In this document: positions 1 to 13,100 of the stretch, one piece after another
Numbering within the stretch: the stretch's first letter is position 1
Layout of the letters: each line of letters begins with the position of its first letter
Source: Takakia lepidozioides
Lineage: Eukaryota > Plantae > Bryophyta
Direction: 5' to 3'
DNA: 64,000 nucleotides
Assembly (NCBI GenBank): GCA_030704615.1
Contig: CM060731.1
Span: 35,960,001-36,024,000, forward strand
Position numbers and translations under genes: made by a program
Notes under the pieces: model-generated
What the model was told of the DNA's origin: nothing
Seen by the model: the letters and a program-made list of their open reading frames with translations, nothing else
Databases searched by the model: none

Positions 1-349
1 TTTTTGTAATGTGATTTATAGGGCTTGTATTGCCCTGTAGTTGACTATTTTCATTCTCCTTGTGGTTGATAGTATGCAGGAGGGATCCATTTTGTTTTCA
101 TGTTGGAATTTCACCATGTAAGGAAGAATTTAAATCATTTAATTCACTTTTATTTTAAATAATAATATTAAAAAAATACCATTTAAAAAAAAATCCAAGG
201 TTGCAATCTCCCTGTTCTTTTAAATATTAAATGAAAACTAAAAAATAAAAAATAAACATTAAAAATATAAACTATTTCGGAAAACAATCTTGATGACATG
301 TGGCATCACTCTTGCTCAAACCAGAACATGTGGCAGTATATGACACGAC

Positions 350-980
350 ATTCTTTATCCATATTTTCACCACGTGTAAAGATCCGTAGTCATATATTTT
401 GTCTGTGTGCCACATGTCACATCTCAAGTGCAACAGGTGTCCCGCTAACAACTCTCCATGTAGACATCCCTGTAGTCATATGAGCGAGTCATGTAGTCAC
501 CACGTGTGAAATCTGCTATAGCACACATGTCCCGCTAGCGCCTCTCCATGTAGGCATCACTGTGCAGACATGTAGTCATATGATCATAGCAAGAAGTCGT
601 GACATGTCAAATTCGCAGTGGCACACGTGTCCATCCGTCGCCTCTTCATGTAGGCATCACTTTGCAGACATATAGTCATATGATCCCCTGACGAATGCAT
701 GACGTGTGCTGTGGCAGTGGCGCACGTGTCCCGCTGAAGCCTCTCCATGTAGGCAATGCTCAACAGACAATGTAGTCATATAGTTGTGACTGCAACCCTC
801 TCTGCAGCAGGACTCCAGGTGCCACGCAAGCAGTCACGGATATGACTTGCAAAACGCAGTCCTAAAGACTAGTCGCTATGACAGGGCTTTTTTCACTACA
901 GAGTGATGTAGTCATGAACGCATATAAGACTGAAAAAATAGTCATATGTGAAGTCATAAAAACGCTCATCTGTTGTAGTG
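350..980. mobile_element. Terminal/subterminal region of a CACTA (En/Spm) DNA transposon; the rest of the element lies left of the window
   Basis: Ends in TGTTGTAGTG at 971-980 (reverse complement CACTACAACA), preceded by many GTAGTCATA/TATGAC subterminal motifs. Left boundary approximate. Confidence 0.85.
430..790 (+). repeat. Degenerate tandem repeat, ~90-100 bp unit, about 4 copies, in the CACTA subterminal region
   Basis: Core GTGTCCCGCT...CTCTCCATGTAG(G/A)CA...TAGTCATA recurs at about 437, 527, 627 and 726. Confidence 0.8.
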
Positions 981-1046
981 ATAGACACCCTTCAGCTTGG
1001 GATCAACGCATTGCTTTACTTTGTCCTCGCTCAACCTTGGTGTTGC
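981..1046 (-). pseudogene. Isolated exon fragment of a Pti1-like protein kinase, cut by the CACTA end
   Basis: After acceptor ctcttcag the exon reads [22 protein letters not shown], matching the plant Pti1 C-lobe motif [24 protein letters not shown]. It stops at the CACTA terminus. Confidence 0.75.
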
Positions 1047-1480
1047 CTGAAGAGTAATAAATACAAAAAGTTAGACAACCACCAATCTTTGATGTTCGCC
1101 TAATTCTACACAAGGTTGCAATGCTCCATGGATATGGCCAGAACAAATGTTTTGACGTGTCACTACACTAAATCTGCCCAAAGACCATATTAAACAACAG
1201 CAGGCCAACAATGGCATGCATGACTTGACCAAGACACAGATACATCCGCCAGGACTTAGCCTGTTTGACAGGGTTTGATGTTCCCATTAGAATCAGCCAA
1301 GAAGAAGCAGTTCAAACTTCTGAGGTGTTCCCTGAAGAGGTTTTCTACAAGAGTTTGATCTGGCACCTTGCCCCTTAAGGAAAGACAGAACAAAAAACTC
1401 AAATAATCCACTCAAATAATCCACTCAAGTCATCACTGCAAATCATCATGAGAGAGAGAGAGAGAGAGAAACATACACAC

Positions 1481-1601
1481 CTGCAAGAAGTGCAGCGCTC
1501 AAGGGCTCACAAACTCGGTGGAGGTCCAGCTCCTCAACAGCTTTGAGCACATCCTCAGCATTTGATGGTTCTCGCTTTGATTCACGACATATTTCATTTG
1601 C
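1481..1601 (-). pseudogene. Exon fragment of a histone-fold protein, DPB4/POLE3 (NF-YB11)-like
   Basis: ANEICRESKR...NAEDVLKAVEELD...EPLSAAL followed by a GT donor (GCAG|GTGTGT). Two locally compensated frameshifts. Other exons not found. Confidence 0.65.
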
Positions 1602-3756
1602 TATGTGTTTACAGCAGAGAGACCCTTCCCTGGTGTGTTTATTGGTCCATCCTTTCTTTCCCTCCCCCTCCTCTCTTTCCCTCACACTTCTAGGAATTCA
1701 GATGGACGAACCCTGAAGGAGAACAATCCGTTCTAATTAATTTCCATTTAATGAAATCCCCCAAAAAGAGGGCAGATCGGCCAATTACTCCTTGAAGTTC
1801 AAATAAAGGATCACAATTTCTAGGGTTTATAGGGAGGTTTGGTTATGGCGACAGACAACAATTACAATCTAATCAATGTAAGATTAGGTTTTGATTGAAA
1901 TTGGGTTTAGCTTCAAGTAGATGTGGGACTTTTGCAAACCAGACACAAACCTGACATACCCTTCGTGCTCATGGAAAATCAATCATGGAGACTAATTGTG
2001 CGGGTCTAAAACAAAGAAGTAAGGTGTAATCTAAGCTGCACTTTTCTTCTTTCCCACCCAATCACGAGTGAAAGCTTCCGATTCCGTCTTCAAAAATCTC
2101 CTTCCCTTTGTTTGTCTTTTCGAATCATAGATAATCTGGAGCTTGAAATCCGGCCTTTTTGGATGAATCTGGACCCACACTCATCCCTGCTCCTTGCCTG
2201 TGCTTGCAAGGTGAACGATGGCGGAAAAACGCAGAGCTCCTGCAGTTCAAAGAAGATCAAGATCCGGGGCATTGCGGGCAGTTCCAAGAACGTTGGCGCG
2301 GCGATTCTATTGGTTATTTTCGCAGGGCCGTCGGGTAGATTCCAAAGAAATTGACGACGATGACCTGGCTACGATGACGTGGCACTATGGCACCCTATTC
2401 CTGCTCTACGCTAAACTAGCTTCCCACCTTGGGTCATCGCTAGAATTTCTTTTGGGATGAAATGACAAATGTCAGCAAGTTTATGACATCTTCAATATGT
2501 TTTTGGGTTCATTCGCCCAACACCCATTCAACGTCATGTACCGACTCTGTATTTTGTACTTGCCACATTCGTGCTCCTTTAAGGTTCTCATGCATGCCAC
2601 TTGTGCCACAATGTACCTTAAAAAACGCTGATGCAGTGCCTATTACCATTTGCTACAACTTGGTTGTTTTAGAACTCATATTAAGGTCAACAAGGTCATG
2701 CATACGTGTATCCCTTTTAATGTCCACCGCCATACATTGCTCTTCAATGAATTTCTGTAACAGAGAGAAGGAATCCAGGTGGAAGGTAGAGCCACCACCC
2801 CTCCAGTGAACAATAATAAGACTTTCTTACCGCTCTTGCTCTTCCTGTCCTTTAGTCAAAATCGTCTTCTTGCCCATAGCTACACCCACAACAACAACTT
2901 CTGCAACCCTGCCTGATCTTCCCATTCACCGAAATTCATCCATCTTAAAACCATCTAGAAACTTCATGTGCTGCATGCAAATACCACATGGCAATTGCAT
3001 GCAAGTACAAGTGGCGACTTGTGGGGCCACATAGGCTGCACTGCCATGCTTTTGAGATTCTGATGAGACAGGATGCTCAATGCCGACTCCAATTGGCAAG
3101 TCTTTTCTTCCGTTGATGTTCCCCTGCATTTCTATTCTATTCAAGTCACCTTATCACTTGACTTGTGTCTCATAATCACTCCAATTTTGTATAAAATCGG
3201 TGTAAATCCATACGGCATATAATGGAATACAATAAAGTGTCCCTGAGATGTAATTTCGAGCATGCTATGAGCCATGCATGCTATAAGCCAAGAAGGGAAG
3301 GAAACCAAATGTCAACAGAAGTCCAGTAGAGAATAACGAAACAACATTGACCAACAAACAGCAAAAGAAAATGCGGACTTGAATCTATGATAGTCACTCA
3401 ACAGTTCAACCATCACCCAAACTGTGAACTACCTGGTTTCTAAGCAGAGATATCTCTGCAACAGGAGTCACATAGGGTTCCTCTTGACCACATCCACCTC
3501 TCACTCTCTCCCCCATTCTCTCCCCCATTCGCCCTCTTGGCCACCCGGTATTGTAATCACATTCTTTGCTTCCCTCCGGCACCGGAAGATTCAATCTCCT
3601 ACTATATTGCCAGGACATGCCCTCAACAACACACACCATAATAAACTTTCAGAAGAAAGGTCAATGAGAACATTATCTCTCTGCCCATTGGCTAGGATTT
3701 ATGGTGCAAATGACAGTGTATGTAGCCGGCGCTGCTGCCAAAACCCAGGTGTCAAT

Positions 3757-5251
3757 CTACTTCTCAGAGGAGTTGGGACCACGCTTCTTGCCAAATCCAA
3801 CAACTGCAAACCCCACCAACACCGTTGATGTCAATGGGGCAAGGAAACTTTGTGAGATGTAATGGTCAGGCTATTCTCTTGGTAAAACTTCAGGAAACTA
3901 AAATGCAGGGTAATTTAGTGCTGAGCCCTTCAGCAGGAGTTGACTGAATGAAAGACAATAGGAAATGCTGAACAAAGATATAGACTGCCCAAAAGGAGAG
4001 GCATTGAAGCGGGCCTAGCCAGAAGAGGCGTTTCTGCGCATGGGTCATACTAGGAGTAGAAGAAGCAATACCTATCAGAAGTGAAGGACAAACCATCTTA
4101 TCCTAACTGCATATTATTGTCTGAAGAAGTTGAGAGCAGATTGCCAGTAGTAAAGAAAGAATACACACCAGCTGTTACAAAACGACGGTTGTACTGCATG
4201 CGCTGGTGAGGCCGGCCTGTTGGTTTCTTCTTCTTATCCTGCTTTGCAACCTTTGGTGTCTGGCCTCGCACCTTCCCAGCACGGGCCAAGGATCCATGGA
4301 CTTTACCTGTACCAATCCACCTGAGAATTAAAAAAGGCCCTATGAAAAAGTGAAATTCATTGCGGACAGACAGACCAGAACTACAATTCATAATGCAAAC
4401 ACTATCATCTTCAAACTGTTATCTCACCTTAAGGTCTAATACAATTGATTCTTAGAAGCTGACTAAAGAGAGGAGAATCTGGCCTTGCAGGTTCGGTGTA
4501 CCCCCTTTCCTCAAGGGTGTGCTTGGAAAACACAAGATCTTCTGTAATGAATTTGTTCACAGGGTGCAGAAACACCTTGCACATAATTTGTGCAATTTCT
4601 TGGCAAGAGGATGGATCAGAAAAGTAATTCATGTAAGAAATGTGGGAGAAGGCAGATTCAAGTGACACAAGATATGCATACCAGGTGTGCGTCTCAGAAC
4701 CTAAAAGCTGCATAGATGACCGCTCAGTCAGCGATCACCCCTTAACTCTCCAAAGCACAAAATTTGGACTCGGTAGTTCCGAGTATTTCCTAAATCAGAA
4801 AACACTAAGTCCTCCACTTCGACCAGAAAAAATCAAAACTGAGCCCTGTAGATCATCACATGAAGAGAAAGCTAGACCGATGCCCTGGTGCATAAAACCC
4901 CGTCTATGGTGCAAAAGCCACTGGCTTAGAAGATGACGCCAGGGAGGAGAACAAGGGAGGAGGCCGTCTGGTAATGCAGAAACGCTCATAACTTTAAAAC
5001 CAACCAAACCATCCAAAGTAACAAAACATGGAAAAATGGTAAAGATTACACAGAACACCACTACTAGATACTGTTTCTTCGAACCATCTGTTTCCAAGGT
5101 TGAAACCGTAAGATTCCACCCTAGATGAATTGCAACCAGCTTAAAGTCTTCGCAAAATCTGGTAAACATGGCAATACATACTACCGTGGAATGGTGTCAT
5201 GGATAGAACATCAAGATAGCAATGAAGAGTGCAAGCACACATACTCACCAT
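3757..5251 (-). CDS. RPS30: 40S ribosomal protein S30 (eS30), spliced; start exon appears one G short (pseudogene or consensus error)
   Basis: Exon 4306-4169 gives [46 protein letters not shown] and exon 3803-3757 gives [15 protein letters not shown], with GT-AG borders. The ATG lies in a 6-nt exon (5254-5249, CAG|GTCATG|GTGAGT). An upstream UTR exon donor lies near 5377. Confidence 0.85.
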
Positions 5252-5429
5252 GACCTGCGAAACTCAAACAACAGAAAATATTTCCTTTCGGCAAATCTAT
5301 AATTCCGTTAGCATGTCACGATACAGTACAGCCGAAAGTGAAGGAACGAAAAGGGGAGAAGAGGAAGGAGCACTCACCATTGATTGAAAGTTGGAAAGGA
5401 CCTCGGACTACGCTCGGCAATGGAGTCGG

Positions 5430-5734
5430 TGCGCAGATCAAAGCAGACGCAAAAGAAAAATCTGCTGCCCACTGTTCGAAGCTTTTAGTCCACACGCGTG
5501 CCATAATATTTCCAGGGTTGTTCCCTTACATGTAACCATTGGGAACGTTACCGCGACTATGCACAAAGACCGTCTATTCTAGGGCTTTCACACGAATGCA
5601 GTCCTCAGCCGTCGATATGCTGTCAGGGATTAGGTTAGGTTAGGTCAGAGGTTAAAGGCTTTGGGACGCGCTATTGTCCTCCCTTTCGCCCCGCAGCCCC
5701 TGCGCTCTCGCTCACGCACACGCACCAAGCGGCC
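5430..5734. promoter_or_regulatory. Putative short bidirectional promoter shared by RPS30 and RPS19
   Basis: About 300 bp separate two divergent ribosomal-protein genes. A telo-box-like TTAGG run lies at ~5630-5645 and a pyrimidine-rich leader precedes the RPS19 ATG. Confidence 0.5.
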
Positions 5735-6857
5735 ATGGCGGGGACAGCGAAGACTGTGAAGGATGTGCCTTCCCACGAGTTTGTGCGCGCTTACGCAGCT
5801 CCACTGAAGCGTTTCGGGAAAGGTGGGTCGCAAGCGAAAGTATGTAGGAATCGGAGGCGGGTCTGTAATGCGAGAGTACGAGTTGGCCTCTCCGCGGGTC
5901 TTAGAACTGCGGTGACCCCCCCCTTGGGTTCTTATATTGTCTTCATGTTTGGATGTGCAGATTGAGGTTCCAACATGGGCGGATCTTGTCAAGACTGCAA
6001 CTTTTAAGGAGCTTGCTCCTTACGATGGCGATTGGTACTACATCAGAGCTGGTTGTTTCAGCTAGAAAGAAAACGAAGTTTCTGGTTGAGGGATTGATGT
6101 GTCTGCTTGAGGAGTTGAATTATGATGTCAGTTACTCATTTGTGAAAATAGGTCAACTGGATAATGGTAATCTTTTGCTTTTGTTTGAGGGGGTTGGAGG
6201 AGGACTTGGTGTGGGACTTTCGGATAGTCTTGACCGAAATCCTGGATTGCTGTTTTTTTTTGAAGCTTCCATGGCCAGGAAGATCTACTTGAGGCAGGGA
6301 ATTGGAGTGGGTGCTTTCCGAAAGATTTATGGTGGGCGCAAGAGCAACGGGGTCAGACCATCTCATTTTGCAAAGAGCAGTGGCTCCATTGCCAGGGACT
6401 GCCTGAAGCAACTTGAAATCATCGACATTATTGAGAAGGACCCTAAGGGGGGAGTGTGGTCTTTTGCTTCTTTTGGAGTGAATTGTTTCCATCTTCAGAG
6501 AGGGGGTAAACCGTGAGGCTACTGTACTATTTCTACCCCTGCCACTAGGGTTTTCGGCCAAAGCCCCATTAGGCATTGGGGAACTGTAACCTAAACTGAT
6601 GTCCTCCTCCGTCACAGGGCGGTATTATGGGGCTTGTGGATATGCTCTGTCCTTTCCTCCTTGCAAGGTCAGCATTGCTATTTGTGTTTTGCTCAGTTGC
6701 AGCTACCATGTAAGTTACTTCGATGTCGGGCAAACGAAATGACATCGAAATAATTCTTCATTGGAATGTTTTGAATGACAGAGGGAGGCGGATAACCTCA
6801 AATGGGCAGCGGGATCTGGACCAGGTCGCAGGCCGCATTGCTGTTGCTGGTGCATAG
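5735..6857 (+). CDS. RPS19: 40S ribosomal protein S19 (eS19), 4 exons, with a +1 frameshift in exon 1 and a mutated donor after exon 3
   Basis: Exons 5735-5822 ([25 protein letters not shown]), 5961-6051 ([30 protein letters not shown]), 6266-6449 ([24 protein letters not shown]...IIEKDPKG) and 6782-6857 ([24 protein letters not shown]). Confidence 0.9.
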
Positions 6858-7249
6858 TCGTCAGTTGTTTTGTGGTTGGTATTCATGCCAAGTTGATTTG
6901 AGCAGCTGGCTTGGGAATGGGAACATCCTGGGGTATTGCAATCAAATTGCAGTTGCAATAGCGTTCCTCTGTATCGCACAGTTATGGCTCCTCATTGTCA
7001 GTGCTCCAGCGTGATTTTCTGTGATGAGGTAGACTTCAGGAATTTCTGCAGAACTCTTGTTTCTCCTATAGTATGTTCATCTTGTGAGAATTTGATTCGA
7101 GTACAGAGATTTCCTCCCCAGTGTCAACTTTTTATGGAAGGGTTTTATCCTGGGTTATGGAGATATGTGGTGAAGATTTCTGATTCTGGCCCCATGTGCT
7201 CAAAAAATGATGTCCTTATCTGAGCGACCTTCAAACACCTAAAATTCTG

Positions 7250-8830
7250 GAGGAAAGATGTTGTCTTTCAGACCTCCTTAGCAGTAGACTGGGTGAAGAT
7301 TGATTATGGTGTTGTGGATACAGGCCAGTCCTAATGATTGCTGCATTCCCCCGAGTCCCTCCCTACCACCACTGGTTCTGTTTTTCTGCCCTTCTCCCAT
7401 TGCATAGATAGAATCTCCCAGCCCCTGGCCTTCTCTGCTTGAGGGCTGAGGATGACATCAACTGGTTTTATATGAAGAACAAGAACTTGTAGATCATTAC
7501 GCACTTCAGAGAAAGTGTTGTCTGCCATCTGTAGGCTCTTACACAAAATGTCTTGCAATCCACCATAGCATCAGGGGTCACATTAGCTTGCATGATTAGT
7601 CTTGACAGTTTGCTTTCCTTGCTGGTTCATCTTAACGGCCTACCGTTTTTGTGTCTTTTTTCTGGTCTTTCTCTTCTAGTATTCCTTGCTTCTCTGTTTG
7701 CTAGTTCTTCATCATTTAGATGTCTTGGTAGTATTCTGAGGAGATCCAGCTGACCTTGTATGGTGGTTTTGAGCCGTTTCCCTTCCTATGTTGTGGTGGC
7801 ATGGTTATTTTCTCCTTGCACCTTTTAATATGATTTGAAGGGCTACTTCTATAACTTCAAAAACAATAAAGGGCTGCTCTCCCTGTCTGAGAATAAGCTT
7901 AAATAACTAATGGGAGTGTTTGATTTGTTGATCACCTCCCGTCCTCTCCTTCACTTGTTTCTGAGCTTCACTCACACAATTCCAGAAGAGAGGAGGAAGA
8001 AGTAAGGCACAATGTCAGGAGAGGAGGTGGAGTTGCGCGAAGTGGATGACATTCCTATTGAGCTGGAATACACAACAAGTTGGAGGAATTGTTGTGACAG
8101 AAGGAGCAGGAAGTGGTGGCTGCTAAGGAAGATGTTGAGCAGAGTGAGGTGGAGATGTCGGGACAGAACTTGGAAGAACTCCGCAATAAGTGCCCTACAA
8201 CTTGTCACTTGTCTACCAGGTGGTACCATCCGCCAGTAAGTATGAGAGAGAATACAAGGTGTTGGGTGGGGGGGGGGGTGGGAATTATTATGTGCATGCA
8301 CATTGATTGAGGGGGACATGGAAGCACTGGGCGAGCATCTGCATTTCATCAAGACTCAGAAGCAGGCTCTTGACCAGTTTGTGATGGTGGAGTCATGCCT
8401 CAAGTCAGTTTTTTTATCAATATCCCTTGCAATCATAGCGGGCATTTGAGGACCAGTTTGAATTGTCCAGAGTGTAGTCGCTTGACATATCACCCAGCAC
8501 TGTTGCCTAAGCAGAATGCAGGCAATGTCAGGGTTAACCCATGCACCATTCTTGGGGGACAAATAGCTGTTGGAAATTTCCAAATGCAGGTTTGGATAAA
8601 GGCTGATATCGGAACTTGAATATACTCTGCCTGGGTTGAGGAAGCAAAGGGAAGTGAGAAATTAAGACACAGGACTGTTACAACAAGTGTCCTGTTTGTA
8701 GGTTTCCAGTTGGGCCTCTGACAACTTGCATGTGTAGCTGCCAGGGCGCCATGAATGCAGGATTGAGCGCTCCGTGGTTTTTCAACAATGTTCTTCTTGT
8801 AAGTATTAGATTTCCTCGTATTTCTGGTTA
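7250..8830 (-). mobile_element. Possible highly degenerate LINE remnant (ORF1/endonuclease start)
   Basis: Only scattered, frame-broken motifs that resemble a LINE endonuclease N-terminus and an ORF1 zinc knuckle. No intact motif. Confidence 0.25.
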
Positions 8831-8832
8831 CA

Positions 8833-9332
8833 NNNNNNNNNNNNNNNNNNNNNNNNNNNNNNNNNNNNNNNNNNNNNNNNNNNNNNNNNNNNNNNNNNNN
8901 NNNNNNNNNNNNNNNNNNNNNNNNNNNNNNNNNNNNNNNNNNNNNNNNNNNNNNNNNNNNNNNNNNNNNNNNNNNNNNNNNNNNNNNNNNNNNNNNNNNN
9001 NNNNNNNNNNNNNNNNNNNNNNNNNNNNNNNNNNNNNNNNNNNNNNNNNNNNNNNNNNNNNNNNNNNNNNNNNNNNNNNNNNNNNNNNNNNNNNNNNNNN
9101 NNNNNNNNNNNNNNNNNNNNNNNNNNNNNNNNNNNNNNNNNNNNNNNNNNNNNNNNNNNNNNNNNNNNNNNNNNNNNNNNNNNNNNNNNNNNNNNNNNNN
9201 NNNNNNNNNNNNNNNNNNNNNNNNNNNNNNNNNNNNNNNNNNNNNNNNNNNNNNNNNNNNNNNNNNNNNNNNNNNNNNNNNNNNNNNNNNNNNNNNNNNN
9301 NNNNNNNNNNNNNNNNNNNNNNNNNNNNNNNN
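8833..9332. other. Assembly gap (500 N)
   Basis: Run of exactly 500 N. Confidence 1.
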
Positions 9333-10129
9333 AGTGCGGTTCATTGGGAATGTAGCGGTGGATCATACACTAGAGGAAAAATGCGGAATAACCACTGGCC
9401 CTTTAACCACTACTGTCTTTTTCCACTCTATAAACCATTAGTAACCATTTGCCAGTGGTTAATCCCAATGAAATGCCACGGTGGCATCACAGACAGTGGT
9501 TGGAAGTGATTTCAACCACTCAGTAGTCCATGTGTAATAATTTGTTATTATTTGTTATTATTTATTTGATAATATATTTTAATTAATAAAGATAATATTC
9601 CACGTGGACGAGTGCAGTGGTACATTGTGAGTGGTTATAGACACCTCAGTAATGGGAAGTGGTTGAAACCACTTCCTACTCCACGTGTAATAATTCCTAT
9701 TTTATTTGTGATTTATGATTTGGAAATATATTTTAATTAATAAATATAATATTGCACGTGGACGGGGACAGTGCATGCACGTTGATCTTGAGTGGTTAAA
9801 GACACCTCATTGATTTGTACCACTTTGACAGTGGTGGAGAGTGGGTGGTGATCCGGACTGAAGTAATTGGAACCACTATAATAGTGGTTGCTCATGAGTG
9901 GTTGCCTACACAACAGTGATTGTTACCACTTTTTGGGTGATACATGATAAATTTGAAGTGGTTTGTGCAGCTGTGACAGACTTTGAAAAACAGACAAGTG
10001 GCCAGACCATTGTGGGATGATGCTATTGAACACATAGTTCCAACAATAAACTTTATTCTGAATCTGAAACATATTCGTCACCCTCTGAATCACTCTGCTC
10101 AACTGGAATAGCGGTTGGTTGCACAAATG

Positions 10130-13100
10130 CCGCTTGGAATGGTAGCCAATATATCCAGGGAAGGAAAAAAGAAGGGAAACCCACTTATGTTTTTTTCCTG
10201 GATGTCAAAAAGGCTGTTGTCCGAAAACAGGCTGAGACTCCAAAAACTTGGGAATACTGGCAGCTTTCGATGCCTTCCACAAGAAAGGCCACAACACCTC
10301 TGTTAGATACTCATCAGTTGGTGAATCTGGTTGCACTTTCCATGGCTCTGGAAAAATCCCACTGAAGGGAGGATTGTTTGTCGCCTTTCTTGGTGTGTCG
10401 TCAACAAGAACAGTGTCCTCATAAGTCCATTCTGGCTAGTCTGCCCACACTCTAGACAAGTTCTTGAAATATAATGGCTTTGAATCAGATCCTTACGGCA
10501 TGGGAGGACTGGATCCTCGTCACAGTGAAGGGCATCCCACTGGAAAACCAGCTTAGTGTGGGCTGCAAAAATATAGTCCACCATTGGGAAGAAGTTGCGA
10601 GCTTGGCAACAAGACCACACCGCCACCTCAAAGTGTTCAAAACACTTTTGCAAAAAGTCATAACAGCGTGGTCTCAAAACTACCATCTTCTTGCCACACA
10701 TCTTCCCCACAAAACCTTTGGGAAGGATGCAGGCCCATTAGCAGAATGAAAAGATTCACATAACAGACCATTTAAGTCCAGAATTAGTAAATGCTTCCTC
10801 GTTGGTCGAGGAAGTAAACTGTCATTTGGCTTCAACATGTGAGCAGGAGAAATTAAAGCAACCTGCTTGTTTGTTTTGTCCCCGTTTGCATCTTCCTCCC
10901 CATTTAAGCTCCCACATACCTGCATACCAGAATCCGGTGTGCCCGGCGGCTCTGTCACCATTGCCCCCTGGACTGCTACTGCCTTTGTACGTGGCAAGGG
11001 CTGAATTTCCACGTGTACCTCACAGTTGGCCTTCCCTATATCCTGCTGCTGCTCGGTCAAATTCAAAAGATCATCAGTGACAGGAAGACATAAGGGCTTA
11101 GAGTGAGCACCAGTTACCGTCTGAAATTGGGATTCCAAACATTTTGATACTGTCACAGCAGACGCATCCATCGTAGATGTCACTGGTCCTGCGCCTGGTA
11201 GATTAATCCCCAATCTGGTCACAATGGCTTTTTGGTACTCAATCATACTCTGCATCTGTAATTTTAATTCTGCCATGTCACGTCCTTGTGATTCCACCAG
11301 TTTGTCCAAGCCATCCATCCTGCCAACTACTGTAGAATATGCGAGACTTCCCTCCTGCCAATCCATGAAAACTTGCCCAAGTATGAATCAAACAAAAAAA
11401 ACCTAGCATGAACAACCATTGGAAAGAAACCCCAGGCCAAAAGCCTTGAAAAAAACCCTAGCAACCTATGATGCAGCAACCACTCTAGCAAACGTAGAAA
11501 ACACACTTACCCGCCTGTCACTCCCAGCTGACAACCGTGACACTGAACCCTCTTGAATTTCATATAATGTAGGAGGGCACCCTGATAGTGTTTCCTACAA
11601 ATTAATCCATGCCACAAACAAACCCATGCCACAAGTCAGTAAGCAATGTGAGGGCTGACTATATACACATAGCAATTCAATGAGGAACAAAATACAGAGT
11701 CGTGATGATGCCACTTACCAAGTGTGCTTCCACCATTGCCTTCCCACCACGGCCAGTCTTGGTAGGATTCTGAATTGCACCATTTGCCTTCTTCATGTTG
11801 CCCGACACTTTGTGGAACACCTCTGTCTGCCAGTAACTTACAAGCTTGTTCCATACCTCGTCAGATATAGTAATGGGTTTCCCCTTACCACCCAACCACG
11901 CAGTGTGTGCTTCATAACGCTGGCTCTTCATTATTCTGCCAATTGTTTGTTTTAGGTGGAAGTCTTTTAACTTGTGTGCGTATATGAAAATAGCTTAGCC
12001 AAGTGATCTCTGATTTCGTATACAACTTCATCAGGTTGGTTGTTGATGGCAAGGGAACAATCTAGCTTGCGATAAGCCTGTCCTTTAAGGGCAGCGTGCC
12101 ATACATTCCGGGTCTGACCATACGGGGCTCATTTGAGGTTCGTCAAAATCACCGTGGGAGGAAGACCTGCAGCTATTCTCTCTTCCTTCACCTTGGCAGC
12201 TTCAATTTTGGCTGAGCTATTAGCCCTCTTTAAAGCATTGGTTCTATCATTCTTTGAAACGGCACCCTCCCCTCCTTCAGAGACCTCCATGCGCTCAGGA
12301 GAATTCAAAGCAGGATCCTGCCAAGTAGGGACCAGTGGCCATGGCTGTTGGCCAGAAGGCCGAGGACCATACTGGCCATACTGTCCATAAGCAGGAGGAT
12401 ATTTCGGTGGCCTGCCACCCCCATAGCTATTAGGGGGTGGCAAATATGGTGGAGGAGGATACTGGCCATACTGCCCATATGGAGAAGCACCATATTGACC
12501 CTGACCATATTTAGTGCCAGATTGTGGGTACTGAGGCATACCATAATAAGGTGGGGGTACTGGTGGCACAGAACCCACAACGATGGGAGAGTTAGGGCCA
12601 CCTCCTGCGTTCTTGTGGGCGCCATCTCCTTTGCTAGCAGTAGGGATCGTGGATCCAGTGCGCTTGTGCTTGCCCTGAAAAGAAATTCCCCCAGTACAAT
12701 GTGGGTGATTACACATACATATAGGCAGCAAACAACAAATCCTTGAATTCAATATAAAAAACTAGAAGCACATATCATTTGTAAAGACAAGATTACCCAA
12801 AACTCAGTATGATCTTGGGCAGTAAATCTCCCAAATTTGATTGGCCCCAATGATGTCCTCCCAATACATTTTTGAACCCTCTTAGGTATGGGGTGTTCCT
12901 GAAATCCATAGCAAGAATTCAAATGGACAAACCTGATGGGTCCATGAGAAGTATCCCTCCAAGTTTTACTGATATTATGGGTGCATAAGTAACCCAAGTA
13001 TCTCTATAAGTAGCCATTGTAGCTTAGTACCAGGACGTTGGTTTCATGGGGCAAAGAATTTGAACACACCTGAAGTCTACATTGGCCTGACATCATGCCT

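Noticed and set aside
5249-5504. ORF MARVWTK...QLSING can splice in frame via the 6-nt exon onto RPS30, giving an N-terminally extended protein
   Set aside because: The extension resembles nothing recognisable (it is not ubiquitin-like) and plant RPS30 starts MGKVH. A single missing G explains the data more simply.
5953-6516. 187-aa ORF as a standalone gene
   Set aside because: It is RPS19 exon 3 plus an off-frame exon 2 and read-through intron sequence.
971-9380. ATA next to both CACTA ends, as if they were one element with a TSD
   Set aside because: The ends face away from each other, the TIR sequences differ after CACTA, and a gap lies between them.
8490-9509. Long ORFs spanning the N run
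   Set aside because: Artefacts of translating the 500-N gap.
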